Virus record (IMG/VR): IMGVR_UViG_2660238580_000002
Length of the DNA: 64,000 bases
Strand: one strand, 5' to 3'
From: a virus
Taxonomy: Duplodnaviria > Heunggongvirae > Uroviricota > Caudoviricetes
Position 1 is the stretch's first letter. Every line of letters starts with the position of its first letter. The position numbers were made by a program, and so were the translations under genes. Shown here in pieces: positions 24,577 to 36,420 of this stretch. Below the pieces are notes generated by a model, which did not search any database, had not been told where the DNA came from, and worked only from the letters and a program-made list of their open reading frames with translations.

Positions 24577-24798
24577 TTAACTCGACTTATTTGATAGCAG
24601 GGCACTATTTATTGCGTCATTGAGTTTTTCTGCTGCTTCATCAATAAGTGACAACAGGCCATAAGCAATATTTGCATCTTCATTGTCATTTATGCAATCA
24701 AGCCACATATTTAATATTGCTTTTGCTGAATTATTTAAAGTTAATGAACTTTCTGCACATGCTAACAATTTAAAAAAGACTTCCCGTTCTGTATTCAT
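24577..24798 (-). CDS. Hypothetical satellite protein
   Basis: 73-aa ORF in minus-strand operon. Confidence 0.4.
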   Translation of the reverse strand: MNTEREVFFKLLACAESSLTLNNSAKAILNMWLDCINDNEDANIAYGLLSLIDEAAEKLNDAINSALLSNKSS

Positions 24799-24990
24799 TT
24801 AATCCCCCACCAGCTTACTTTCTTCCTCAATCAAAAAACTAGCGACACTTCCCGAAAGACGCGCCAGTAGGCTCGCCAGTGCGGATATATCAGCATCTGT
24901 AATTTTGTTCGGGTATACCTCAAGAAGGCGGCAAATAATTTCTGTCTGGTGCGCACGTTCAGCGGCTTCGTGTAATGTGATTTCCTGCAT
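24799..24990 (-). CDS. Hypothetical satellite protein
   Basis: 63-aa ORF in minus-strand operon. Confidence 0.4.
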   Translation of the reverse strand: MQEITLHEAAERAHQTEIICRLLEVYPNKITDADISALASLLARLSGSVASFLIEEESKLVGD

Positions 24991-25182
24991 TAATGCACCT
25001 CTTTTAATTCATACACTGCTGAAATAATGACTTGTGATAAGCCATATTCTGATGATTCGCTTCTCACCGCAGCAATAGCCGTCTGAACATTAACAGCCTT
25101 CACGTTCTGAGCGATACCAATTGTGTGGCCTAGTGGGTTAACCGCACGAGCAAATACACGGAAGGTTTTAAGCACGGCATAC
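24990..25182 (-). pseudogene. Satellite ORF body separated from its start by IS629
   Basis: Frame is open across the IS629 target site but has no ATG downstream of the insertion; the track ORF borrows IS sequence for its N-terminus. Confidence 0.4.
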
Positions 25183-25224
25183 TGAACCGCCCCGGGTTTC
25201 CTGGAGAGTGTTTTATCTGTGAAC

Positions 25225-26115
25225 TCAGGCTGCCAGATCATCGTTTCCGATGGAAGCATAATAAGCTTTTTCTGCTTCTGCCGGAGGAGTATGGCCCAGC
25301 CTTTCCAGCAATCGTCGATTGTTATACCAGTCCACCCACGTGAGTGTGGCCAGTTCCACTTCTGCACGGTTTTTCCAGCTCTTACGGTGTATTACCTCCG
25401 CTTTGTAAAGACCATTGATGCTCTCCGCCATCGCGTTGTCATACGAGTCGCCTGTACTTCCTGTTGATGCCAGTAATCCGGCTTCCTTAAGCCGCTGTGT
25501 GTAGGCCAGCGATACATACTGAGAACCTTTATCACTGTGATGGACCGTGCCGGACGGTCGACGGGCCCATAACGCCTGCTCCAGTGCATCCAGCACGAAT
25601 GTCGTTTCCATGGACGATGAGACCCGCCACCCCACGATGTATCCGGCAAACACATCAATGATGAACGCCACATAGACGAAGCCCCGCCATGTGCTGACGT
25701 AAGTAAAATCAGCCACCCACAGCTGGTCAGGTCGTTCTGCCACGAACTGACGGTTTACGCGGTCGCCTGCGGCAACGGCTTTCCGGCTGATGGTCGTACG
25801 GACCTTTTTACCCCGGAGAACACCGGCAAGTCCCATAACCGCCATGAGACGTGCCACAGTGCATCTGGCCACTCTGATACCTTCCCGTAACAACTGACGC
25901 CAGACTTTACGCACACCGTATACCTTGTGATTTTCATCGTATACGCGCTGTATCTCTTTCTTCAGCCAGTCATCGCGCTGCGCACGGGCACTGCGTTTAT
26001 CCGGATGATGTCGCTGTTGCTGACAGTGGTAATACGTTGACGGGGCAATATGCAGTTCGCTGCATAGCGGTCCGACCCCGTACTGCTCACGCAGCTTATC
26101 CAGCAGTGGCATCAT
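25225..26115 (-). CDS. IS629 transposase OrfB (DDE, made as OrfAB by frameshift)
   Basis: 296-aa [21 protein letters not shown]... Confidence 0.9.
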   Translation of the reverse strand: MMPLLDKLREQYGVGPLCSELHIAPSTYYHCQQQRHHPDKRSARAQRDDWLKKEIQRVYDENHKVYGVRKVWRQLLREGIRVARCTVARLMAVMGLAGVLRGKKVRTTISRKAVAAGDRVNRQFVAERPDQLWVADFTYVSTWRGFVYVAFIIDVFAGYIVGWRVSSSMETTFVLDALEQALWARRPSGTVHHSDKGSQYVSLAYTQRLKEAGLLASTGSTGDSYDNAMAESINGLYKAEVIHRKSWKNRAEVELATLTWVDWYNNRRLLERLGHTPPAEAEKAYYASIGNDDLAA

Positions 26116-26438
26116 TTTTTCCAGAGGCGGTCGAACTCCGCCTTCGCAAAATAAGCGGAAGCCTGGCGAAGGATATCGTTACTGCGGCGCAGTTCACGAT
26201 TTTCACGTTCCAGCTCTTTCAGACGCTGACGTTCAGCGGTGGTGAGCCCTCCATCACCGCCCCCGGTATCCCGCTCATGCTGGCGAACCCAGACACGCAG
26301 AGTCTCCGGCGTACAGCCAATCTTTGGAGCAATGGAACAAATTGTCGCCCATTGTGAGTCATATTCGCTCTGACTTTCCAGAACCATACGGACTGCCCGT
26401 TGACGGACTTCGGGGGAAAAACGAGTATTTTTAGTCAT
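26112..26438 (-). CDS. IS629 OrfA
   Basis: 108-aa [22 protein letters not shown]... Confidence 0.9.
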   Translation of the reverse strand: MTKNTRFSPEVRQRAVRMVLESQSEYDSQWATICSIAPKIGCTPETLRVWVRQHERDTGGGDGGLTTAERQRLKELERENRELRRSNDILRQASAYFAKAEFDRLWKK

Positions 26439-26492
26439 CCTGTTTACCTCTTTCTCAGGAAGTTTAGTCTCCAGGATTCCCGGGGCGGTTCA

Positions 26493-26684
26493 TACCTCCT
26501 GACGAATACGGGCGGCAAATATCATCACGCAGCCAGTTGGGGATTGTTGGCGGGCTTCCTGTTCGCTGGCGGCCTCGATGTGTATTACGCGTGGTTGTGC
26601 GGTGCTCAGGGCGATAAAACGCCAGATGTATTTATTCAGGTTGTGCGGGTCCCGCCCTTGCGGGTGTGTGGTATGATTTCTCAT
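26493..26684 (-). CDS. Small satellite protein, last 3 codons replaced by IS629 end
   Basis: 64-aa ORF; stop codon supplied by the IS terminus. Confidence 0.45.
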
Positions 26685-26779
26685 AGCTATCTCGATACTG
26701 TTGCTATCGTTGGTGGTTAGAAGCCCGTTGGTGTTCCTAGCGCCTTCGGGCTTTGCTTTTTTAAGTGCCTCCGTGTTAA

Positions 26780-26823
26780 GGTGGTCACCTAACAGTAAAA
26801 AGGCTAATTCAATAGGTGGTCAC
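26780..26823 (+). promoter_or_regulatory. Two GGTGGTCAC direct repeats (operator-like) in the divergent promoter region
   Basis: Identical 9-mers at 26780-26788 and 26815-26823, 35 bp apart, upstream of the RHH gene. Confidence 0.35.
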
Positions 26824-27015
26824 TTGTCAACAATCAAACGCGATAAAAGTCCTAAGGGTGATGGGCAATCTCCACAATTCAGAATGCGAATTTCTCCAGA
26901 GCTAAAAGAGCAATTCGACAAAGAAGCGCAGAGCGACGGCATAAGCCTAGCCAACTGGCTTAAAGAATTAGGGCGCAAAGAGCTGCTACGGCGCGGTATT
27001 GAACCAAAAGGATAA
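26824..27015 (+). CDS. Ribbon-helix-helix (Arc/MetJ-like) DNA-binding protein, candidate satellite repressor
   Basis: RHH-like FRMRISPELKEQFDKEA...LANWLKELG; possible TTG start after AGGTGG (ATG alternative at 26884); divergent from leftward operon. Confidence 0.45.
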   Translation: MSTIKRDKSPKGDGQSPQFRMRISPELKEQFDKEAQSDGISLANWLKELGRKELLRRGIEPKG

Positions 27016-27042
27016 GAGTAATTGAAGTCAAGGAGCTAACAC

Positions 27043-27399
27043 ATGAAATACGAATTCTTCGCAACAAGTAGCAGTAGTTTGGATGTATACATAGTCACTG
27101 TATCAAACGATTCTAGCTCGCTAATCATGACTTGCAATTGTCCAGCAGGAAGTAAAGGTATTCTATGTAGACACCGTAAAGCTTTAATTACCGGAAAAAT
27201 CCGTGGTATATTCACTCCCCCAAGAAGGAATAATCCCGAAAAGTTACAAGAAGCTATAAATTTAATAACCACATATGGCATAGATAAAACATTAAAGTTG
27301 TACACTGATGAGTTAGAACGAGCAGAACAGACTTGGATAAGTGTTCGCGATAATTTGAGAGCAATGATAAACGCTCTTGTTGAACCACCTAAATATTGA
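27043..27399 (+). CDS. SWIM-zinc-finger-like small protein
   Basis: 118-aa ORF with CNCPAGSKGILCRH (CxCxnCxH). Confidence 0.4.
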   Translation: MKYEFFATSSSSLDVYIVTVSNDSSSLIMTCNCPAGSKGILCRHRKALITGKIRGIFTPPRRNNPEKLQEAINLITTYGIDKTLKLYTDELERAEQTWISVRDNLRAMINALVEPPKY

Positions 27400-27530
27400 A
27401 CTGTTCACATTGCCTATCAGTCGACAACCTCGTATTCTGATTAAGGCTAACTATATACTCACATTGGCGACCAATTCTGGTCGCCTTTATCCACCATTTT
27501 TATAACATCATAGATTAAAAGTGTTAATCC

Positions 27531-28361
27531 TTACCCCCTGAATGGAATTGATGAGGATTTAATTTCCACTGAACTAAATCCTTTTGAATCCAAGAACATT
27601 TTTATACCAGCCTCAATGAAATCATAATCGTTTGTCGGGCCAATAGTAATACTTTTAATTGGTAACTTCCTATGATCTTTATTACCAATGATGATATAAG
27701 GGATGACACCATTATTATTTATTCTGAATTGCACATCTGGTATTAGTATGCGCGGAGTAAATACCAATCTAAATTCATTTTCTTCGATAAAACTAGGATG
27801 TTTAAAAAATGGGATGTATTTAGATATAAATTGATACGTAGAGGCCATTGTTACAAAATGATCATTCTTTTCTTTAATATTAATACCATTACAAGAAAAA
27901 AACGCCCCCAACTCCTTACTCATCTTAGTAACATCGTTATTATTTGAATATATAACATCATGTGCAACACAATTTAAATAAATATTTTGAGAAAAGCTCA
28001 CAAGTTCATCCGCATCAAACTCAATGCAAACACCCTGTTTATTTCCGTAACCTCTCCACTGACTTAACTTATCGTTTTCCTTACAAAAAGAGATGCTATA
28101 AACATGTTTATCAATCCCTTTTTCTTTTTGTAACCTCCCTTTCTCATACATGTCAAGAGACTTGAGCAAAATAGTTTTCTTATCTTTTGGAATGATATTG
28201 TCATCAACTATTTTAATTGTATTTCGAAAGCATTCACATCCATGGTTAGACTCCTCTTTATCATTTAAGAAATATATGTTTGTAGCCCATAAAGAATTAG
28301 AGTCTAATATACCTTTCAAACCAAAAAGATCTGTATAATGAAATATAGCCACAATGCCCAC
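27531..28361 (-). CDS. DUF2971-like protein (second copy; cargo downstream of alpA)
   Basis: 276-aa ORF with FHYTDL...LWATNIYFLNDKEE, SQWRGYG..GVCIEFD, FIEENEFRL motifs. Confidence 0.5.
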   Translation of the reverse strand: MGIVAIFHYTDLFGLKGILDSNSLWATNIYFLNDKEESNHGCECFRNTIKIVDDNIIPKDKKTILLKSLDMYEKGRLQKEKGIDKHVYSISFCKENDKLSQWRGYGNKQGVCIEFDADELVSFSQNIYLNCVAHDVIYSNNNDVTKMSKELGAFFSCNGINIKEKNDHFVTMASTYQFISKYIPFFKHPSFIEENEFRLVFTPRILIPDVQFRINNNGVIPYIIIGNKDHRKLPIKSITIGPTNDYDFIEAGIKMFLDSKGFSSVEIKSSSIPFRG

Positions 28362-28368
28362 CTAATAG

Positions 28369-28599
28369 TTAAGTTGTTTCCCACTCACCTCGAATCCATG
28401 CCTGCACTTCTGAAAGACGATATGCAACAGCAGTGGAACCAATCTTGATCCGCTTAGGAAATTTTCCTTCCTTCTCCAGCTTCCAGCGTGTGCTGTTCGC
28501 AAGAGTGGTTAGCTCCCGACATTCTTTCTCACGGATCATTCGGTCAATGTTAGGAATGTACTCCAGACCCTTTTTATCAACAATTGCCATTTTTTTCAT
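28369..28599 (-). CDS. alpA: AlpA-family transcriptional regulator
   Basis: 76-aa ORF directly downstream of int, AlpA-like HTH. Confidence 0.75.
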   Translation of the reverse strand: MKKMAIVDKKGLEYIPNIDRMIREKECRELTTLANSTRWKLEKEGKFPKRIKIGSTAVAYRLSEVQAWIRGEWETT

Positions 28600-28600
28600 G

Positions 28601-29836
28601 TTAACCAGCCTTTTGTTTGAGGATTGTCACTTTTGAATCAGCACCTGCGATGCTATTGAGATATGTAGTCCAGAGTTCCAGAGCATCCAGTTTTTTAGCC
28701 ATAAACTTACTCCGGTTGTAAACACCTGCCACGCCAGGTAGCGCATGGCCTAACAGTTGTTCTACTACATAAAATTCAACACCGAGATCACTTAGATGAG
28801 TAGATAGCGTTCTTCTAAGGTCGTGTAGTGACCATTGTTTTTCATGGCCCAAACGTTTACCGATTTTCCCCCCAATCTTGCTTACGCTTTCTCTAATTCG
28901 CAGACTTCCCAGCACATAACCAGTATGTTTTGTCTCTTCGTGAACATCCGTTACCCACTGTCGTAGAATTTCAGGTACTGGTCTGACGATTTCAACACCG
29001 GTTTTTGAGTGTTCTTTTGGTACAGTCCAAACCCAACTTTCTAGATCCCATTCGCTCCATTCTGATAATCGGGCTTCACTCATTCGACATCCAAATACTG
29101 TACAAAGCACAAACATTTTTCGCGTGTATTCAGACATTAGTTTTAAATCAGGCTCGACAAAAATTGCCTTCCAGAGCTGGCCCAGTTCGGCTTCATCCAG
29201 AACCCGATCCCGCTTACCTGCAATCTGCCCCACATCACTCATGCGCAAATCCTTTAAAGCATCACACGTCGCGTACTGGCGTACCCGACAAAAACGAAGA
29301 GCTAATTTAGTGTCAGAAAAAACATACGCCGCCATAACTGGTGCATTACGTTTAATTCGGTCAAAACAGTCCAGCCATTCATATAGGTGAGTGTCATTTA
29401 CGGGCAAATGACCGATATAGGGAAAGATATGCTTTCGAAATCTGCCAAGCGTTACAGCATGAGTTTTACGACGCACCTTACAGTAATTTTCATACCAGTA
29501 ATTTAGTGCATCCTCCACTGTGACCGGCTTTAAGCGTTCTTCAGCCTGAATCTTAATCTGGATACGCGGATCACGTTTGTCAGCCAACCAACCACGGCAC
29601 TCGTCGCGCTTTTCTCTTGCCTGTTTGAGTGACATATCAGGATATTTACCCAACGTTAGCCAGACCGGAGCAGCCCGGCCACCTGCTAACCTGTAGAAGA
29701 AAACAAAGCTCACAGCCCCCTTAGTACTCACACGAATAGAAAGCCCCTTTCCATCAGCAATGGTGATCTGCTTTTCTCTGGGTTTCCCCAGATATCCTTT
29801 AAGCGCTTTGTCGCTCAGTTTGTTCTCGCCAGCCAT
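28601..29836 (-). CDS. int: Tyrosine integrase (P4-type)
   Basis: 411 aa from MAGENKLSDKALKGY; catalytic HDLRRT...LGH...Y region; adjacent to right att repeat. Confidence 0.9.
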   Translation of the reverse strand: MAGENKLSDKALKGYLGKPREKQITIADGKGLSIRVSTKGAVSFVFFYRLAGGRAAPVWLTLGKYPDMSLKQAREKRDECRGWLADKRDPRIQIKIQAEERLKPVTVEDALNYWYENYCKVRRKTHAVTLGRFRKHIFPYIGHLPVNDTHLYEWLDCFDRIKRNAPVMAAYVFSDTKLALRFCRVRQYATCDALKDLRMSDVGQIAGKRDRVLDEAELGQLWKAIFVEPDLKLMSEYTRKMFVLCTVFGCRMSEARLSEWSEWDLESWVWTVPKEHSKTGVEIVRPVPEILRQWVTDVHEETKHTGYVLGSLRIRESVSKIGGKIGKRLGHEKQWSLHDLRRTLSTHLSDLGVEFYVVEQLLGHALPGVAGVYNRSKFMAKKLDALELWTTYLNSIAGADSKVTILKQKAG

Positions 29837-29968
29837 TTTTAGCCCCAAAAAGCAATACAAGCTGCAATACAGAGATGATTGCAACACACAGATAACGAGG
29901 AAAATCCAGTGAAAGCGCCAGATAATCTTATTCTTTATTATCAAAGAATTAAGTGTAAAAACCAGCAA

Positions 29969-30244
29969 CTACACGAAAGCCTCAGAAAGCCATGCTAAGT
30001 GCTTCGGCTTGACATATCCCGGCGTAAATTCAGAGGTGGAGCCGCCACGGGAACGGATAACCTCACCGGAAACAATCGGCGAAACGTACAGCGCCATGTT
30101 TACCAGTCCCGGAATTTGTGAGAGATAGACTTTCTCCGTGGTGAAGGGATAGCTCTCACGGAAAAAGAGACACAGAAACAGCGGATCAAACTTAAATTTC
30201 TGCTCATTTGCCGCCAGCAGTTGGGCGGTTGTGTACATCGACAT
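29969..30244 (-). pseudogene. E: Major capsid protein E, 5' fragment (codons 1-82 fused to 9 satellite codons and a stop)
   Basis: MSMYTTAQLLAANEQKFKFDPLF...GYVKPKH then LAWLSEAFV*. Confidence 0.9.
30000..30009. repeat. Right junction direct repeat TGCTTCGGCT (att core within gene E)
   Basis: Identical to 17563-17572; E sequence resumes immediately after. Confidence 0.8.
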
Positions 30245-30299
30245 AAAAAAATCCCGTAAAAAAAGCCGCACAGGCGGCCTTTAGTGATGAAGGGTAAAG

Positions 30300-30632
30300 T
30301 TAAACGATGCTGATTGCCGTTCCGGCAAACGCGGTCCGTTTTTTCGTCTCGTCGCTGGCAGCCTCCGGCCAGAGCACATCCTCATAACGGAACGTGCCGG
30401 ACTTGTAGAACGTCAGCGTGGTGCTGGTCTGGTCAGCAGCAACCGCAAGAATGCCAACGGCAGCACCGTCGGTGGTGCCATCCCACGCAACCAGCTTACG
30501 GCTGGAGGTGTCCAGCATCAGCGGGGTCATTGCAGGCGCTTTCGCACTCAATCCGCCGGGCGCGGTTGCGGTATAAGCCGGGTCACTGTTGCCCAGCGGC
30601 TGGTAATGGGTAAAGGTTTCTTTGCTCGTCAT
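30300..30632 (-). CDS. D: Head decoration protein D
   Basis: [12 protein letters not shown]... 110 aa, lambda gpD. Confidence 0.95.
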   Translation of the reverse strand: MTSKETFTHYQPLGNSDPAYTATAPGGLSAKAPAMTPLMLDTSSRKLVAWDGTTDGAAVGILAVAADQTSTTLTFYKSGTFRYEDVLWPEAASDETKKRTAFAGTAISIV

Positions 30633-30641
30633 AAACATCCC

Positions 30642-31941
30642 TTACACTGGTGTGTTCAGCAAATCGTTAACGGCATCAGATGCCGGGTTACCTGCAGCCA
30701 GCGGTGCCGGTGCCCCCTGCATCAGACGATCCAGCGCAGTGTCACTGCGCGCCTGTGCACTCTGTGGTGCTGCGGCCAGAATGCGGCGGGCCGTTTCCAC
30801 GGTCATACCGGGGGTTTCTGCCAGCACGCGTGCCTGTTCTTCGCGTCCGTGAGCCTCCTCACAGTTGAGGATCCCCATAATGCGGCTGTTTTCTGCCGCA
30901 ACCGCTGCGGTGATCTGCGCGTTCACGTCCGGCTGCGCCGCGCTGGCGTTTTCGCCCTCCGTCGCTGGCACCACGTCAGTAACGTCAGCCTGCGAAGCAG
31001 TGGCTGAAACAGTTGTTGATTGAGTCTCTTTGGTCATTCGCCCTCCTGAGAGACGGGATTTACGTGCATCCAGTGCATCACGCATGACGGTGATCGCATC
31101 GGTGCTGTTAACAAGTTCATCAGCCAGTCCGGCATCAATGGCCTCCTGACCGCTGTACACTGCAGCCTCGGTATCCAGCACAGCCTGCACGGACAGGCCG
31201 GTATATGCCGACACCTTCTGCGCAAACATCTGGCGGGTTGCGTCCATCCGGGACTGCAGTGTCTCCCGGACGTCATCCGGAAGATGGCTGTAGGGGTTGC
31301 CATCCACCTTATGGCTGCCGCTGTAAATCAGAGTGATTTCCACACCCTGTTTCTCCAGCGCAGCACCGTAATTACTGTGAGCCATCATGACGCCGATGGA
31401 GCCTGTCCGGGCGGTCTGCGTGACCAGACGCCGGGAGGCGGCACTGGCAAGCAGCTGACCTGCACTGCAGTTCATGTCGTTGGCCAGCGCCCATACCGGT
31501 TTTATGTCACGCACACGGGCGATGATGTCAGCGCAGTCAAATGCCCCCGCCACCATCCCTCCGGGCGTGTCCATATCGAGCAGAATGCCGTCCACCATCG
31601 GATCGCTGGCAGCCTGTTGCAGACGGGCGATAATGCCGTTGTAACCGGTCATCCCCGAATACGGCTGCAGCGCCCGCGTCCGGCTGACCAGCGTGCCGGA
31701 CACCGGCAGCACGGCGATGCCGTTCATGACCTGATAACTGCGGGCCTGTCGTGGTCCGTCATCATCAACGGATAACGCCAGCGCCGCGGGTGCCTCTCCG
31801 GCAGTCAGGCTGTCGCCGGACACCGCATCCGTCAGGCGGCTGATCCCAAGCTGGCCTGCAAGCGCACAAAAGAAAACCCGCGCATAGGCGGGTTCAAGCA
31901 TCAGCGGCTCATTAAAAGCCATGCTGGCAATATGCGGGAGA

Positions 31942-31961
<20 letters not shown>
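30642..31961 (-). CDS. C: Capsid assembly protease/scaffold C (Nu3 nested in frame), GTG start
   Basis: VTAELRNLPHIASMAFNEPLML...; first codon GTG where lambda has ATG (from memory). Confidence 0.85.
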
Positions 31962-33743
<1,782 letters not shown>

Positions 33744-33747
<4 letters not shown>

Positions 33748-35669
33748 TCATCCTCTCCGGATAAGGCACGGGCGTAATCTGCCAGTGTTTTCTTGTTGGT
33801 TGCTGCACCATCCTCTTCCTGCAGGCTCGCCAGCAGTGCACTGAGATCCAGCTGCCAGCGGGAAATACTGATGCGCAGCGCCGCCAGCGCATAAACGAAG
33901 CAGTCGAGTGCCTCATTGCGTCGCTTTTTGCTGTCCCACAGTATTTTTTTCCTGCCATCCACCCATTTTTCGACCTGCTCTTCAGCAGTCAGCTGCTGCG
34001 CTTCGGTCAGATCAAAAATATCCGGGTTATTCGGGAAGTGAACGGCACCGGGAAGCGGTTCATCCCCTTCCGGCGTCAGTGTGAAGCGGTTATAAATCTG
34101 CTCTTTCGCGGTATCCGTACCGATTTCGGTAAGGTAAACCCCGTTTTTGTTTCGCTTACGTGGCATGCTGGCCACCGGCTTTCCGTAGACGGATGCCCCT
34201 TTAATGGGGATCACCCGGAACAGCCCATGTTTTTTCGAGCGTTCATACACAATGGTCGGGTCAATCCCGCCAGTATCCCAGCAGATACGGGATACCGACA
34301 TTTCTGCACCATTCCGGCGGGTATAGGTTTTATTGATGGCCTCATCCACACGCAGCAGCGTCTGTTCATCGTCGTGGCGACCCATAATAATCTGCCGGTC
34401 AATCAGCCAGCTTTCCTCACCCGGCCCCCATCCCCATACGCGCATTTCGTAGCGGTCCAGCTGGGAGTCGATACCGGCGGTCAGGTAAGCCACACGGTCA
34501 GGAACGGGCGCTGAATAATGCTCTTTCCGCTCCGCCATCACCTCAGCATCCGGACGTTCGCCGATTTTCGCTTCCCATGTCTCACCGAGCGTGGTGTTCA
34601 CGAAGGTTTTACGTTTTCCCGTATCCCCTTTCGTCTTCATCCAGTCTTTGACAATCTGCACCCAGGTGGTGAACGGGCTGTACGCCGTCCAGATGTGAAA
34701 GGTCACACTGTCCGGCGGCTCAATCTCTTCACCGGATGACGAAAACCAGAGAATGCCATCACGGGTCCAGATCCCGGTCTTTTCGCAGATATAACGGGCA
34801 TCAGTAAAGTCCAGCTCCTGCTGGCGGATGACGCAGGCATTATGCTCGCAGAGATAAAACACGCTGGAGGGGTCATCCGGCGTCCATTTGAGGCCAAACG
34901 GCGTCTCTTTGTCGCCAAATTTAAGATACTGCTCCTCCCCGCAGTGCGGGCAGGCAACATGAAAACGCATAAAATGCAGGGATTCACTGGCTGCACGCTC
35001 AATCTGGCAGGTGCCTCTCACTTTGGGCGTGGAGCCACGGATGGACTTTGGCCAGACCGAGCCTTCAATACGTTTGTCGCCAAGGAACGTCGGAGAGCCT
35101 TCCTGTTCAATATCCTCATCAAAGGCAGCAAGTTCATCATAACCCGCCACATCCACCGACTTTTCACGGTAGTTTTTTGCCGCTTTACCGCCCAGGCACC
35201 AGAAGCCACGACCATTGGAAAAACGCTTCATAGTGAGCGTGTTATCCCGGTGCTTTTTGCCATACCACGGAGCCAGCGCCAGCAGCGACGGAATATCGCG
35301 GATGGTCGGCTCAACGTGGGTTTTCATAAAGTTCTCGGCATCACCATCCGTCGGCAACCAGATAAGGGTGTTGCGCTGCTTATGCTCTATAAAGTAGGCA
35401 TAAACACCCAGCAGCATTTTGGAATAACCGACACGGGCAGACTTCACCACATTCACCTCACGGATGTAGTCGCTGCCCATCGCATTCATGATGGCCCGCT
35501 GAAAGGGCAGTGTTTCCCAGCGCCCTTCCTGGTATGCGGATTCTTTCGGGAGATAGTAATTAGCATCCGCCCATTCAACGGCGGTCTGTGGCTCCGGCCT
35601 GAACAGTGAGCGAAGCCCGGCGCGGACAAAATGCCGCAGCCTGTTAACCTGACTGTTCGATATATTCAC
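33744..35669 (-). CDS. A: Terminase large subunit A
   Basis: 641-aa ORF MNISNSQVNRLRHFVRAG..., lambda gpA. Confidence 0.95.
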
Positions 35670-36189
35670 TCAGCAACCCCGGTATCAGTTCATCCAGCGC
35701 GGCTGCTTTGTTCATGGCTTTGATGATATCCCGTTTCAGGAAATCAACATGTCGGTTTTCCAGTTCCGGAAAACGCCGCTGCACCGACAGGGGGATCCCG
35801 TCGAGAATACTGGCAATTTCACCTGCGATCCGCGACAGCACGAAAGTACAGAATGCGGTTTCCACCACTTCAGCGGAGTCTCTGGCATTTTTCAGCTCCT
35901 GTGCGTCGGCCTGCGCACGCGTAAGTCGATGGCGTTCGTACTCAATAGTCCCTGGCTGGAGATCTGTCTCGCTGGCCTGCCGCAGTTCTTCAACTTCCCG
36001 GCGCAGCTTTTCGTTCTCAATTTCAGCATCCCTTTCGGCATACCATCTTATAACGGCGGCAGAGTCATAAAGCACCTCATTACCCTTGCCACCGCCTCGC
36101 AGAACGGGCATTCCCTGTTCCTGCCAGTTCTGAATGGTACGGATACTCGCACCGAAAATGTCAGCCAGCTGCTTTTTGTTGACTTCCAT
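35644..36189 (-). CDS. Nu1: Terminase small subunit Nu1
   Basis: 181-aa ORF MEVNKKQLADIFGASIRTIQNWQEQG..., lambda Nu1. Confidence 0.95.
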   Translation of the reverse strand: MEVNKKQLADIFGASIRTIQNWQEQGMPVLRGGGKGNEVLYDSAAVIRWYAERDAEIENEKLRREVEELRQASETDLQPGTIEYERHRLTRAQADAQELKNARDSAEVVETAFCTFVLSRIAGEIASILDGIPLSVQRRFPELENRHVDFLKRDIIKAMNKAAALDELIPGLLSEYIEQSG

Positions 36190-36420
36190 TGTTCATTCCA
36201 CGGCCAAAAACAGAGAAAGGAAACGACAGAGGCCCAAAAGCTCGTTTTCAGCACCTGTCGTTTCCTTTCTTTTCAGGGGGTATTTTAAATAAAAACATTA
36301 AGTTACGACGAAGAAGAACGGAAATGCCTTAAACCGGAAAATTTTCATAAATAGCGAAAACCCGCGAGGTCGCCGCCCCGTAACCTGTCGGATCACCGGA
36401 AAGGACCCGTAAAGTGATAA
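36190..36420 (-). promoter_or_regulatory. Prophage cos site (cosB/cosN/cosQ); cosN 12-mer at 36367-36378
   Basis: Reverse complement contains GGGCGGCGACCT flanked by lambda left/right end sequence. Confidence 0.85.

Larger units (their letters stand above)
25183..26492 (-). mobile_element. IS629 (IS3 family), 1310 bp, 3-bp target duplication TAC
   Basis: Terminal TGAACCGCCCCGGG... inverted repeats; orfA/orfB match remembered IS629 proteins; TAC at 25180-25182 and 26493-26495. Confidence 0.9.
17573..29999. mobile_element. Integrated phage satellite (PICI/P4-like): int, alpA, pri-rep, iteron ori, cos, own capsid genes
   Basis: Bounded by 10-bp direct repeats inside split gene E; P4-type integrase at right end; carries a nested IS629. 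Confidence 0.85.

Noticed and set aside
24990-25367. 125-aa ORF taken at face value
   Set aside because: Its N-terminal 60 residues are read from IS629 terminal sequence; only 24990-25182 is satellite DNA.
25219-25467. Plus-strand ORFs inside both IS629 copies (also 26037-26357, 58385-58633, 59203-59523)
   Set aside because: Antisense ORFs within the IS629 orfA/orfB region.
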